Assembly: GCA_022824865.1 (NCBI GenBank)
Contig: JAJDZD010000022.1
Location: forward strand, 36,115-100,114
Direction: 5' to 3'
From: Chloroflexota bacterium
GTDB taxonomy: Bacteria > Chloroflexota > UBA11872
DNA length: 64,000 nt
The position numbers and the translations under genes are program-made. A model generated the notes under the pieces. The model saw nothing but the letters and a program-made list of their open reading frames with translations. It did not search any database and had not been told where the DNA came from. Positions 28,616 through 38,166 of this stretch are shown here, piece by piece (position 1 is the first letter of the stretch; each line of letters starts with the position of its first letter).

Positions 28616-29539
28616 ATGACTCGATTCCAGGAACGCCTGCACGGCGTGATTCCAGCTTTGCTCACGCCGTTGAACGCGGACCTGGCGGTAGACGGCCCCG
28701 CCATGCGTCGGCTGGCGCGACGGGTTCTGGACGCGGGCTGTCACGGCTACGTGATCCTGGGCACGACGGGCGAGTTCGCGGCCATCGACGACGATCAGCG
28801 TGCGGTGGCGATCAGCGCAGGGGTGGAGGAAGCCGACGGCGAGGTGCCCGTGATCGTGGCTTGCGGTCAGCCGTGTGTTGAACGCACGCACCGCCAGGCG
28901 GTCCAGGCCGGCGACCTGGGGGCCGACGGCCTGCTGGTCAATCCGCCGTTCTACTTTCCGATGAGCGACGACGAGGTCGTTCGCTACTTCGAGGACCTCG
29001 TGGCGGCATCGCCGGTGCCGGTGCTGCTGTACAACATTCCCGGCATGACCAAGGTGTCGGTGACCGCGGCCACGCTGCTGCGTCTGCGGGACGTTGGTGT
29101 GCAGGGCACCAAGGACAGTTCGGGCAGCCCGCAGAACCTGCTGGACTACCTGGACGCGATGCGCGGGGACGACTTCCGAGTGATCGTGGGCGGCGACGCG
29201 ACGCTGCTGCACGCGCTGAACTCCGGGGCCGCCGGCACCACCGGTCCCGCGCCGAACGTGGCGCCGCAGCTGGTAACGGCTATCTACAACGCCTGGTGCG
29301 ATGGCGATCTGGGCGCCGCGGCAATGGCCCAAAACCGGCAGCATGCATTCCTACGCGCGCTGAGCGGGGCCTCGCCGTTCCTGCAGGCCACCGCCAAGGG
29401 CGTGCTGAGCCGGCTGGGGATCATGGAGCCCTGGGTGGCGGCGCCGAAGACTTCGCTGGATGACGCGGCCATTGACGCTGCGTTTGAGGCCGTGAAGGAA
29501 TACCTGCCCGAGTACGAGCCGGCGGCGGTTGGCGTCTGA
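28616..29539 (+). CDS. dihydrodipicolinate synthase / N-acetylneuraminate lyase (DapA) family class I aldolase
   Basis: GTTGEF, LLYNIP and GTKDSSG (Schiff-base Lys). Confidence 0.8.
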   Translation: MTRFQERLHGVIPALLTPLNADLAVDGPAMRRLARRVLDAGCHGYVILGTTGEFAAIDDDQRAVAISAGVEEADGEVPVIVACGQPCVERTHRQAVQAGDLGADGLLVNPPFYFPMSDDEVVRYFEDLVAASPVPVLLYNIPGMTKVSVTAATLLRLRDVGVQGTKDSSGSPQNLLDYLDAMRGDDFRVIVGGDATLLHALNSGAAGTTGPAPNVAPQLVTAIYNAWCDGDLGAAAMAQNRQHAFLRALSGASPFLQATAKGVLSRLGIMEPWVAAPKTSLDDAAIDAAFEAVKEYLPEYEPAAVGV

Positions 29540-29633
29540 ACGCCGGCGCCAACGGATTTGTTCGACACGCCCAGCGGGCTCGCGTCACCATAGGGTTGCC
29601 GTGCGTCCGCCCGCCTGAGGGAGCTTTGCCGCC

Positions 29634-30560
29634 GTGAATCGACCGCCCGAGGCCTACATGCACATCGGGATCGTGCAGTTCATGCTGCACCCCGAACTCC
29701 AGAGCGGCGACGGACCCGCCGTGGAAGCCGCCGAGGCGTTGGCGGCGGACGGGTTCTTTCATGCGCTGGAGATCGCACACATCAATGACCCCGCTGAGCG
29801 CGCCGCCATGCGCCGGCTGGCCGAGTCCGCGCACCTGACGCTGGGCTACGGGGCGCATCCGCTGATCCTGAGCGGCGGGCTGAACCTGGCCTCGACCGAC
29901 GCGGCTGCCCGTGGCGACGCGGTGACCCAGGTCAAGGGCGCCATCGACCAGGCGGCCGAACTGGGCATCACGATGGTGACGCTGCTGGACGGGCCAAACT
30001 CGGCGCCGGCGCCAGGCGGCGAGGAAGCCGCCGTGGCGAGCGTTGTGGAGTCGCTGACGGAACTGTGCGACTACGCGGGCCGGCAAAACATCTGGATCGC
30101 GCTGGAGCAGTTCGATCGGGCCATCGAGAAGAACTCGTTGCTGGGACCGATCGACCTGTGCGTGCGGGTCAGCGAGATGGTGCGCGCCTCGACCCCGAAC
30201 TTCGGGCTATGCCTGGACCTGAGCCATCTGCCGTTGCTGGACGAAGATCCGCCGACCTCGCTACGGGAGGCCGGCGAGCACCTGATCCAGGCGCACATCG
30301 GCAACTGCGTCATGCGCGACCGCAACCACCCGCAGTACGGCGACCAGCACCCCGTGTTTGGAGACCCGGCGGGCGAGAACGACGTGCCGGAGCTGGCCGC
30401 GTACCTGAAGACGCTGCTGGAGATTGGGTACTTTGAACGCGACTTGCCGACGCCGATGCCGCTCGTCTCGTTCGAGATGAAGCCGGCCCCGGACCAGTCG
30501 GCAGCGGCGATAATCGGCAACTGCAAGCGCACGTTCCAACTCGCCTGGGCGCAGGTCTAG
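29634..30560 (+). CDS. sugar phosphate isomerase/epimerase (TIM-barrel) family protein
   Basis: IALEQF, LCLDLSHL and HIGNC motifs. The start may be the Met at 29658. Confidence 0.6.
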   Translation: MNRPPEAYMHIGIVQFMLHPELQSGDGPAVEAAEALAADGFFHALEIAHINDPAERAAMRRLAESAHLTLGYGAHPLILSGGLNLASTDAAARGDAVTQVKGAIDQAAELGITMVTLLDGPNSAPAPGGEEAAVASVVESLTELCDYAGRQNIWIALEQFDRAIEKNSLLGPIDLCVRVSEMVRASTPNFGLCLDLSHLPLLDEDPPTSLREAGEHLIQAHIGNCVMRDRNHPQYGDQHPVFGDPAGENDVPELAAYLKTLLEIGYFERDLPTPMPLVSFEMKPAPDQSAAAIIGNCKRTFQLAWAQV

Positions 30561-30592
30561 CGCCGGGCAGGGCAGCGAGGGAGCACTCCGAC

Positions 30593-31492
30593 ATGCAAAT
30601 CGGCTACATCGGTCTCGGAAAGATGGGCATGCCCATGGCGGTCAACCTGCGCGCGGCGGGGCACGACCTGATCGTGCACAACCGCAGCCGCGGCAAGGTT
30701 GACGACTTCGTGGCCGACGGCGGCGTGGCCGCCAGTTCGGCGGCCGACGTGGCGGCGCAGTCGGACGTGGTGTGCGTGAACGTACCGACGCCTGAGATTT
30801 CGCTGGAACTCCTGCTTGGCGCGGATGGCGCGATTGAGAGCGCCCGCGAGGGGCAGTTGTGGATCGACTTCGGTACCAACGGCCCGGACACGGCCCGGAC
30901 CTGCGCGGAGGCTGCCGCCGCCAAGGGCGTGAACTACCTGGACGCACCGGTTAGCGGCGGACCGGGCGGCGCCCAAGCCGGGACGCTCGCAGTGTTCGTT
31001 GGTGGCACCGAAGAGTCGTTCGCGCAGGGCAGCGAAGTCCTGGACATCATCGGCGGCAAGATCGAGCACTTCGGTCCCGCGGGCACCGGCTGCATCGCCA
31101 AGCTGACCAACCAGATGATCATCGCCAGCGTCCGCCAGGCCAACGCCGAGGCCTTTGTGCTGGCCGTCAAGAACGGCCTGAATCCGCGGCAGCTCTACGA
31201 GACGCTGATGGGCGCGTTTGCCGCCAGCCGCTGCATGGAAGTGGACATCCCGAACCTGGTTCTTCCGCAGGACTACAGCGCCAACTTTGCCGTGGACCTG
31301 CTGCTGAAAGACCTGGGCCTGGCGCTGGACGTGGGTCGCCAGAGCGGCGTGCCGCTGGTGGCCACGGCCCAGGCGGACGCGATCTACCAGGAGATTCGGT
31401 CAATGGGCTGGGGCGACCTGGACGCGGCCGCCACGTTCAAGCGCCTGGAGACAATCGTCGGCGTGGAGGTGACGGAACCGGACGCGGGTTAG
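30593..31492 (+). CDS. NAD(P)-dependent 3-hydroxyisobutyrate dehydrogenase / 2-hydroxy-3-oxopropionate reductase family
   Basis: IGYIGLGKMGMPMA Rossmann motif plus KL.NQ catalytic-Lys region. Paralog of 56116-57009. Confidence 0.85.
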   Translation: MQIGYIGLGKMGMPMAVNLRAAGHDLIVHNRSRGKVDDFVADGGVAASSAADVAAQSDVVCVNVPTPEISLELLLGADGAIESAREGQLWIDFGTNGPDTARTCAEAAAAKGVNYLDAPVSGGPGGAQAGTLAVFVGGTEESFAQGSEVLDIIGGKIEHFGPAGTGCIAKLTNQMIIASVRQANAEAFVLAVKNGLNPRQLYETLMGAFAASRCMEVDIPNLVLPQDYSANFAVDLLLKDLGLALDVGRQSGVPLVATAQADAIYQEIRSMGWGDLDAAATFKRLETIVGVEVTEPDAG

Positions 31493-31629
31493 CCTCAACT
31501 GTCGCGGGCCCGGTTAGTCGAGGGAGGTTGTGGGTGAAGAGCCTCGCCCTGCCACCTCTCACCCGCACACTGAACAACCCGTTTCCGAGCAGGGCGCCTA
31601 AACTCATCGACGGCCTCGGCGTATAGGAC

Positions 31630-32040
31630 ATGGGCTGGCTTAGTCGCGAAATCAGCTTCCTGCTGGCCCGGCTCGTCACGAATTTCTTCGCGGTCCTGGC
31701 GGTGACGCAGCTGCTGGAAGACGGCATCGTGCTGCCTGAGCGCGGCAGCGACCGGTTCTGGCTGTCGATATTTGCCCTGGCGGTGGCGCTGGCCATTCTG
31801 AATTCCTATGTGCGCCCGGCGTTGGAGCTGGTTCTCAAACCGATCAGCTGTCTGTTGAAGTTGCTGACATTTGGGCTGTCGCACTTCGTGATCAGCGCGC
31901 TGGTGTTTTGGGGCGCGACGATGTTGGTTGACGACTTCACCATCGTGGACCTCGGTACCGCCCTGCTTGGGACCGTGATCGTGGCGGCGGTCGGCGCCTT
32001 CGGGTCGCTGGTGTTCGGCGGCCGCTCCACCGACGAGTGA
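31630..32040 (+). CDS. small 4-TM membrane protein (DUF360 / phage-holin-family-4-like)
   Basis: 136 aa with four hydrophobic helices. The stop overlaps the GTG of the downstream nuclease gene (GTGA). Confidence 0.5.
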   Translation: MGWLSREISFLLARLVTNFFAVLAVTQLLEDGIVLPERGSDRFWLSIFALAVALAILNSYVRPALELVLKPISCLLKLLTFGLSHFVISALVFWGATMLVDDFTIVDLGTALLGTVIVAAVGAFGSLVFGGRSTDE

Positions 32041-33836
32041 GCGAGGCCAGGGCCGCCGACGAAGCCGCGCCGGGCCGGCGCAGCGTGCTGGTCGAGGCGG
32101 CGGTAGCGACGCTGGAAGACGCGGGGCGTCCCATGACCCTGCAGCAACTGGCGCGCGCCGTGCTGCACGTGGAGGCCGGCGGCGCCCACATTGGCGCTCG
32201 GATTCTGGCGCCACTGCTGGAAGCCGACGATCGATTAGCAACGGTGGCCGCGGGACACTGGGGACTGGTGGCCTGGTCGCAGCGCTCCGATGCCATCGAT
32301 GACACCGAGTTCGTGGTATTCGATATCGAAACCAACGGCGGGCGCGGCGGGCGGCACCGGATCCTTGAAGTCGGAGCGTTGCGTCTGCGGGCGGGCCAAG
32401 AGATTTCACGCTACGCCTCGCTGGTACACGTGCCCGGACGGGTCTCGAAGTTCGTGACGCGCTACACGGGCATCACGGACGAGATGCTGACCGACGCGCC
32501 GCCCATCGAGACGGTGCTGGACGAATTCCGGGAATTTCAGACCGGCGGAGTGCTGGTGGCGCACAACCTACCCACGGACCTTGGCTATCTGAACCGCGAG
32601 GCCGTGTGGTCGCGACGCGCGCTCTTTCCCGGCGACGGCCTGGACACCATGGAGTTGAGCGCGGCGTTGATGCCCAATCTGCCGGGCACAGGGCTTGCCA
32701 CGGTGCTGGAGTCGGCCGAGTTAGCCGACACGCCCACGCACCGTGCGCTCGACGACGCTGGGGTCACCGCGAAGTTGCTCGAGTACCTGCTGGACCGCGC
32801 GGCTCAACGAGACGTCAGCACCCTCGGCGACCTTCGGCAACTCGCGGCGAGAGCCGGGCCCGAAGGCCGCCACCCGCGACGGGCTCGTCAACTGGCTCGC
32901 TGGGCCTCGCGCAATCTTCCGCCGTCGCCCGGCGTGTACATCTTTCGCGACTCGGCAAACCGGCCACTTTATATCGGCAAGTCCACGTCCTTGCAACGGC
33001 GCGTGCGCAGTCACTTCACGGACTCAGCGGGGTTCGTTCGGCGGCGTGACGGGATGCTGGAGCAGATCGACGCCATCGAGTGGGAGCCCACCGGCTCGGA
33101 ACTGCGCGCTCTGGTGCGCGAAGCCGAGCTGATCACCACGCTATCCCCGACGTATAACCGGAATCGGCGCTGGCGAATTGGCCGGCGGTTCGTTCGGGTC
33201 GGACCCGCCGAGTCCGCGGTGACGCATGCGGCCGCCGCGCCACGGGATGACGGAGCCGACTACCTGGGACCGTTTCCGACATCGCGGGACGCGAGGCTGG
33301 CAAGCGACGCGGCCCGGCGGATCTTCGAACTGCCCTCGCGGCGCAGCGTCGACAAGCAAGTTCCCGCGTGGCAGCGCGACGCGGCCGTTGCTTTCCTGGG
33401 CGTGGGCCGCGAGGCAGCTTTGCGAATCGTGGATGCCGCCGAGGCCGCGGAGGGCGGAGCGTTTGCCCGCCGCATTCGGCGCGCGCGCGTCCTGCGGCAC
33501 CCGCTGCGCGGTGGCCTCGGTGCCGCGCCCGTGCTGGCGATTTCACCGGGCGCCACGCCGGGAGATGCAGAGCTGGTTCGAATCGAGAACGGCGCTATTG
33601 CCGCCATCGAGTCTGTCGCCCGTCCGCGCCGGCCTGCGCTGCGCGCCGCCCTGCAACGCCTTGGGCGTGCGGACGCGCCGGGCGCCGACACGAGCGACCA
33701 CGAACGGCACATCGTGACCGCGTGGCTACATACGCATGCCGATGATCCGGACGCGATTGCGTGGGATCCCGACCTGTCGCGCGCATTCGTGGACCGCGTG
33801 TGGCGGCGCGTGCGTCAGGCAGCCAGCGCCGGCTGA
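32037..33836 (+). CDS. DnaQ-like DEDDh 3'-5' exonuclease fused to a GIY-YIG nuclease domain (Cho / Rv2191-like)
   Basis: FVVFDIETNG (Exo I) and HRALDDA (Exo III), then GVYIFRDSANRPLYIGKSTSLQRRVRSHF (GIY-YIG), followed by a long Arg/Ala-rich tail. Confidence 0.7.
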   Translation: MSEARAADEAAPGRRSVLVEAAVATLEDAGRPMTLQQLARAVLHVEAGGAHIGARILAPLLEADDRLATVAAGHWGLVAWSQRSDAIDDTEFVVFDIETNGGRGGRHRILEVGALRLRAGQEISRYASLVHVPGRVSKFVTRYTGITDEMLTDAPPIETVLDEFREFQTGGVLVAHNLPTDLGYLNREAVWSRRALFPGDGLDTMELSAALMPNLPGTGLATVLESAELADTPTHRALDDAGVTAKLLEYLLDRAAQRDVSTLGDLRQLAARAGPEGRHPRRARQLARWASRNLPPSPGVYIFRDSANRPLYIGKSTSLQRRVRSHFTDSAGFVRRRDGMLEQIDAIEWEPTGSELRALVREAELITTLSPTYNRNRRWRIGRRFVRVGPAESAVTHAAAAPRDDGADYLGPFPTSRDARLASDAARRIFELPSRRSVDKQVPAWQRDAAVAFLGVGREAALRIVDAAEAAEGGAFARRIRRARVLRHPLRGGLGAAPVLAISPGATPGDAELVRIENGAIAAIESVARPRRPALRAALQRLGRADAPGADTSDHERHIVTAWLHTHADDPDAIAWDPDLSRAFVDRVWRRVRQAASAG

Positions 33837-33901
33837 GGCGTTACAACTCTCCGCAGGAACCTGCCGACCGACGCCGCGTGCTCGCCTGGCGTGTGGATAT
33901 T

Positions 33902-33920
33902 GGAGGCGACGCTGGGAGTC
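33902..33920. repeat. direct repeat (19 nt, 1 mismatch) of the tRNA-Cys 3' end; att-like boundary of a ~2-kb islet
   Basis: ggaggcgacgctgggagtc at 33902-33920 versus ggaggcgacgctgggaatc at 35918-35936 (tRNA-Cys 3' end plus 3 flanking nt). Confidence 0.5.
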
Positions 33921-34344
33921 AGGCCGGGGGTGTGTCGAGGCAGATGCCGTACGCCGGTTCGCTTCGAGTGGACGCGACCTTGCCGGCCTGCACGTTCGAC
34001 TCGATCTGTGCCGATCCGCGTCAAAGTCTGTACAGCGAACTGCACGGGCGTGGCACCAAGGCAGGGGTGCTGAGCCGCCAAATCGCCGGGCGCGCGGCGT
34101 GAGTTGGCCACACCGAGCGCTCCGGCGGCGTGGGCCGGCCGTCCGGATGGCCAGGGCGTCGGTCTGCCGCCGGAGCCGCTGCCCCTGGTCACGTAGCATG
34201 CCCGCCTGCAAGCCCGGCAACTCGCGCCGGGGAATCCAGCTGAGCGGCCCGGGCGAGCCGATCGCCATCTGGGTTGGGTCCTAAACCGCGTCTGCCCGAT
34301 GGCCGCCTCCGTAGGCAGGCGGTTCTGGAGGCCTTGGAACAGGG

Positions 34345-34390
34345 CGCTGGGGTCTGTGGGCGTGGCGGAATGTGGGGCCCGAGCGGGGCT
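34345..34390. repeat. G-rich ~44-bp direct repeat, copy A
   Basis: gcgctggggtctgtgggcgtggcggaatgtggggcccgagcggggc. About 90% identical to copy B at 35177-35220. Confidence 0.6.
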
Positions 34391-34651
34391 GACAACTCGA
34401 CTGTGACGCCAGACGTGCTGCTGCGGCTGCTTCGTGAGCGTCAGGGAATCCAGTACCAGCGATGCAAGGTCGAGGCTCAGCGACGCGAAGCTCAACGCGC
34501 GTGGCGTGACACCCAGCGCCAGCGGCAAGCCATCGAGCGCCAGCGACGGCCGGATCTCTGCGCAGGCCGGCTGCAAGGTCCCAACGTTGCTGGCGCTTTA
34601 ATCACCGCAGACTCCATGGCGGTGTCGTAGACGACCGTAGAGCAGACGGCG

Positions 34652-35017
34652 TCAGCCGTCGACGTGCTGGCGAAGTTCGAAGCCGTTTCCCTCGGTGTCC
34701 CGCACGAGTGCCAGCCGGACGGGTATGCCGGGGCGAGCCTCCCGCACGCCAAGTATCTCTCCCCCGCCCGCCTCGACCTCTTGGATAGCGGCATCCAGAT
34801 CGTCGACGCGAAGGTTCAGTCCTGCGTGGGGCATCATGCTCTCGTCCATGCCCTGACTCCAGCTGTGGAGCGCCAACGTCAGACCCTCGCAACTCAGAGT
34901 GCTCCAGTGGGGCGACTCTTGCTCCACCCTCAGACCGATGACGTCGCGGTAGAAGCCCAGAGCCCGGTCCATCTCCTTTATGTAGAGAATGACCATCGGA
35001 TCGGTGGCGTTCACCAC
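34652..35017 (-). CDS. VOC-family protein (glyoxalase / bleomycin-resistance fold)
   Basis: 121 aa, carrying HW...L...W......H.GL....DDLD...E.GG.I. Confidence 0.7.
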   Translation of the reverse strand: MVNATDPMVILYIKEMDRALGFYRDVIGLRVEQESPHWSTLSCEGLTLALHSWSQGMDESMMPHAGLNLRVDDLDAAIQEVEAGGGEILGVREARPGIPVRLALVRDTEGNGFELRQHVDG

Positions 35018-35176
35018 TCCCTCCCTGCAGCGTGCAGGCTCAGACGTTGAAGCCTGAACTTCCCATACTGTGAGCCTACAGGCTCACCGAGCAGCCCGAA
35101 CGAGAACGTGGTTGCACTCTCCCTCAGCTTGGCGCCGTGAAACTCCAACCGTACACGGCGGTCAAAACGGAGCGTG

Positions 35177-35220
35177 GCGCGGGTCTGTGGGCGTGGCGGA
35201 ACGTGGGGGCGGAGCGGGGC
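35177..35220. repeat. G-rich ~44-bp direct repeat, copy B
   Basis: gcgcgggtctgtgggcgtggcggaacgtgggggcggagcggggc. Confidence 0.6.
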
Positions 35221-35919
35221 GGCTAGCCGCCGCTTCTCTTCCGCCGCCCCTACACCGACCGCCCCTTCCAGCGCACCTGGCCGATGGTCTTGTCGGTTCA
35301 CGTCCAGAGCACCGGCGGCCTGATGCGGCGTCAGGCCGCTCTTGCGGCAGCAAGCTCAGCGTCTGCTTCGCCAATCAATCTGAAGTACGCCGTAAAGGCT
35401 CCTCGTGCAGCGTCGAACAGCCCGGCGTCACCAGACTTCAAGGCGGATGCAATGGAGAGTTTCGCGCCCAGCGCGGCTTCAATTGCCTCGGAATAGAGTT
35501 GGTGAATTCGTAGCGACGGCGGTCCGCGAGAACCTCGCAGCCGTAGGACAACCTGGTCTCCATTGACTTCTGGCTGGGGCGGATGAGTCTTCGCAGACGC
35601 GGTCAATCCCGTGGTGGCGAATCAGCTGGCCTGGAAGGACAAACGGAAGGCGGTCACCTCGCCCACCATCTCGCCGCAGTTGCCAGCGACGGCGGCGATT
35701 TCCACGACCGGGAAGTCGCAGGTCCTGCAGGCGTACGGGAGCTGTCGGTCGGGGAGGAATTGGCGGTGCCATTCAGCGGCGTTCGGACTACTTCGAATGC
35801 TGACGTCGGGTCGTCCCCGGCACCAGTTGGTCGCCGCATTGGCGGGCAGGGCGGAAAAAGCACCGGCACGGCAAGGCAAAACCGGCTTTTGGCTACCAGG
35901 ACTGACCCATGTCCTCGGG

Positions 35920-35990
35920 AGGCGACGCTGGGAATCGAACCCAGGATAGGGGTTTTGCAGACCCCCGCCTTACCACTTGGCTACGTCGCC
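35920..35990 (-). tRNA. tRNA-Cys (GCA)
   Basis: The minus-strand sequence GGCGACGTAGCCAAGTGGTAAGGCGGGGGTCTGCAAAACCCCTATCCTGGGTTCGATTCCCAGCGTCGCC folds as a cloverleaf with a 7-bp acceptor stem. The anticodon loop is CUGCAAA, giving GCA. CCA is not encoded. Confidence 0.85.
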
Positions 35991-36073
35991 GAGAAGCGTT
36001 CGGCGCTTGTCAAAGGATATCCAGAGCACCGCGCCGCGGCCAACACACGGCGGCCGGGATCCGAAAGAGCCCG

Positions 36074-37300
36074 CTAGCCGACCGCGGCGCGCTGCACCAC
36101 GCGCCATCTTTGATCGGCGGTACGCGCGAGGAAAAAGCCGACATCCTGGCTCAGAGGTCCGCGCTGAATAGTCTCACCGTCCGCCCTGCGTCGAGTTGCC
36201 AGGTTTCCGGACTCGCGAACCAGAACCGCGGCATTCTCGCCATCAATCCTGGCGTCAATAGCCTGAATCGAAACATCGCTTTCCAGGTACACCCCGCTGG
36301 CGCGTAGTTGCTGGACCCGTGCTTCGATCTCCTGTGCCACGGCTTCGTCGTACACCGAACGCAGCGCACTTGAGTCGAGCGACTGATAGGCCTCGAACTC
36401 AAGCCGCGCGGCTCGCACGGCCGTGTCGGTCGCCCGGTCCAGGCTGGCCGCCTCGGCATCCTGCCGTCCGCGCACCACGAAGACCGCGATCAGCACGGCA
36501 AATAGCGCCGCCAACATGAAGCCTGTCCGAATCAGACGCAGGCGCCTCGCCTCGGCCTGCTCAAAGGCCTCCGTTTCAGCGAACGACTGCTCGTGGGACT
36601 CGATGTTTGAGCGAATCGTCGTAGGGATCGGTTCGGGGTCACGCCGCCGCCCGGAACTCACATCCCATATGTCGGGATTGTCGACCCGCCCGGCGTCGCC
36701 TTCGTCGTGCGGTGAGGGCATGTCATCGACGTTTGAGCGCAGGACCTCACCGTCCTCCGGACGAAACTCGGACTCGGCCTCGTCCGGCAAGTCGGCCGGG
36801 GGCGCCACACGCAGAGATATGAAGCGTCCGTGCGCGGCCTGTTCGCTGTGCTTGAACCGCACGGCCTGCCCGAGCGTCCAACGGCCTTCCAGCAGGAGCG
36901 TCAGGTCGCGGCCGTCCAGCAGCGCCAGCTCTCTGGCCCACTCGGCGTCCACGGCCATCTGCAGCGGGAAGCCCTGGACGACGATCAGGATGTCGACCTG
37001 GCGCTCAAGCGCCGCCTCGGCCAGCGCCGCGTGATCGTCGCAATCAAACCACAGCGCGATTCGACGCCGCACACGTTCCAGGCGCACTGCGCCTTCTATG
37101 TGGTCACCCATCTGAGCAAGCGGCCCGAGCGGTTCGGCATCGGACGCCATGGCCAGCGCTTCGACCACGTTGGCCAGCTTGGCCAGGCGGTCGGCCTCGT
37201 CGGTCAGCGCTTCGTTGAAGAGCTCGGCATGCGCGGCCAGAACCCGACGCCGACGCGCGCCGGCGTCGCCGCCCGCTGTCGAGTCATTCGTGGGTGACAT
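36074..37300 (-). CDS. hypothetical protein with a central acidic region and one TM helix
   Basis: 408 aa with protein-like composition and the TM segment LIRTGFMLAALFAVLIAVFVV. No confident family. Confidence 0.5.
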   Translation of the reverse strand: MSPTNDSTAGGDAGARRRRVLAAHAELFNEALTDEADRLAKLANVVEALAMASDAEPLGPLAQMGDHIEGAVRLERVRRRIALWFDCDDHAALAEAALERQVDILIVVQGFPLQMAVDAEWARELALLDGRDLTLLLEGRWTLGQAVRFKHSEQAAHGRFISLRVAPPADLPDEAESEFRPEDGEVLRSNVDDMPSPHDEGDAGRVDNPDIWDVSSGRRRDPEPIPTTIRSNIESHEQSFAETEAFEQAEARRLRLIRTGFMLAALFAVLIAVFVVRGRQDAEAASLDRATDTAVRAARLEFEAYQSLDSSALRSVYDEAVAQEIEARVQQLRASGVYLESDVSIQAIDARIDGENAAVLVRESGNLATRRRADGETIQRGPLSQDVGFFLARTADQRWRVVQRAAVG

Positions 37301-37407
37301 AGACGTTAGGTGAGACCGCGACGCACCGCCCTCGCACGGTGCTTCCTAGTTTCATCGTACGACAAGCGGCCGCTCAACTCATCGGGGCCTTTGCTTTTTC
37401 GCTGCAT

Positions 37408-38136
37408 CTAGCTGATCGGAGGAACGCCCATGGGCACGGCCGAGGCGATAACCGGCATGAGGTTTGTGAACACAATCACGCCCAGCGCGATTAGCAACAC
37501 GCCGCCACCGGCGCCGGCAACCTGAAGCGCGCGGCCGTAGCGCCGCAGCAATACACGAGTCCAGCCGGAGAACACGCCCGCCAGCACGAACGGCAGCATG
37601 ATTCCCAGGGAGTACGAGGTCAGGAGAATGGCGCCTGACGCGGCGGATGCCGTAGTTGCCGCCAGCACCAGGATCGCGCCCAGGATCGGACCCACGCAGG
37701 GAATCCAACCCACCGCAAACGTGCCGCCCACGATGAGCGAACCCGCGTAGCGCAGACGCCGGGCGAAACCGTCGTCAACGGTGAAGCCGCGCTCGAGGAT
37801 CGGTACGCGGAGAAGCCCCAGTGTCATCAGACCGAATCCGATGATCAGAAGGCCTCCGATACGGTTGAGCCAAACGGCCTGGTCTCCGGCAAAGCTGGAA
37901 AGCGCCCCGAGCGATGACCCGAGTACGACGAAGACGGCCGTGAACCCCACAGCAAACAGGGCAACGTTCAGCACAGTGGCGGCCTGCAATCGCCGCGGGC
38001 TGGCGGCGCGCGGATCGGTCAGCGTGAATCCGGCCAGGTAGGCGAGATAGGCCGGTACCAGCGCCAACGTGCAGGGTGCAATGAACGAGGCGATCCCCGC
38101 GACGAACGCAAGGCCGACGTTGAGGGGCTGTTCCAC
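37408..38136 (-). CDS. ccdA: cytochrome c-type biogenesis protein CcdA (DsbD-family transmembrane thiol-disulfide transporter)
   Basis: IAPCTLALVP and WIPCVGPILG paired-Cys motifs in a 6-TM protein. Confidence 0.85.
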   Translation of the reverse strand: MEQPLNVGLAFVAGIASFIAPCTLALVPAYLAYLAGFTLTDPRAASPRRLQAATVLNVALFAVGFTAVFVVLGSSLGALSSFAGDQAVWLNRIGGLLIIGFGLMTLGLLRVPILERGFTVDDGFARRLRYAGSLIVGGTFAVGWIPCVGPILGAILVLAATTASAASGAILLTSYSLGIMLPFVLAGVFSGWTRVLLRRYGRALQVAGAGGGVLLIALGVIVFTNLMPVIASAVPMGVPPIS

Positions 38137-38166
38137 GCTACGCGCCCAGCACCTGCGTGCCGAATC

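Noticed and set aside
27389-29344. 651-aa ORF on the minus strand
   Set aside because: Antisense to the SDR and DapA-family genes. Arg-rich, with no recognisable domain.
34274-34630. 118-aa Arg/Gln-rich coiled-coil-like ORF in the tRNA-Cys islet
   Set aside because: Low-complexity (RQRQ...) sequence. It overlaps repeat copy A and lacks an RBS. Probably non-coding or a decayed remnant.
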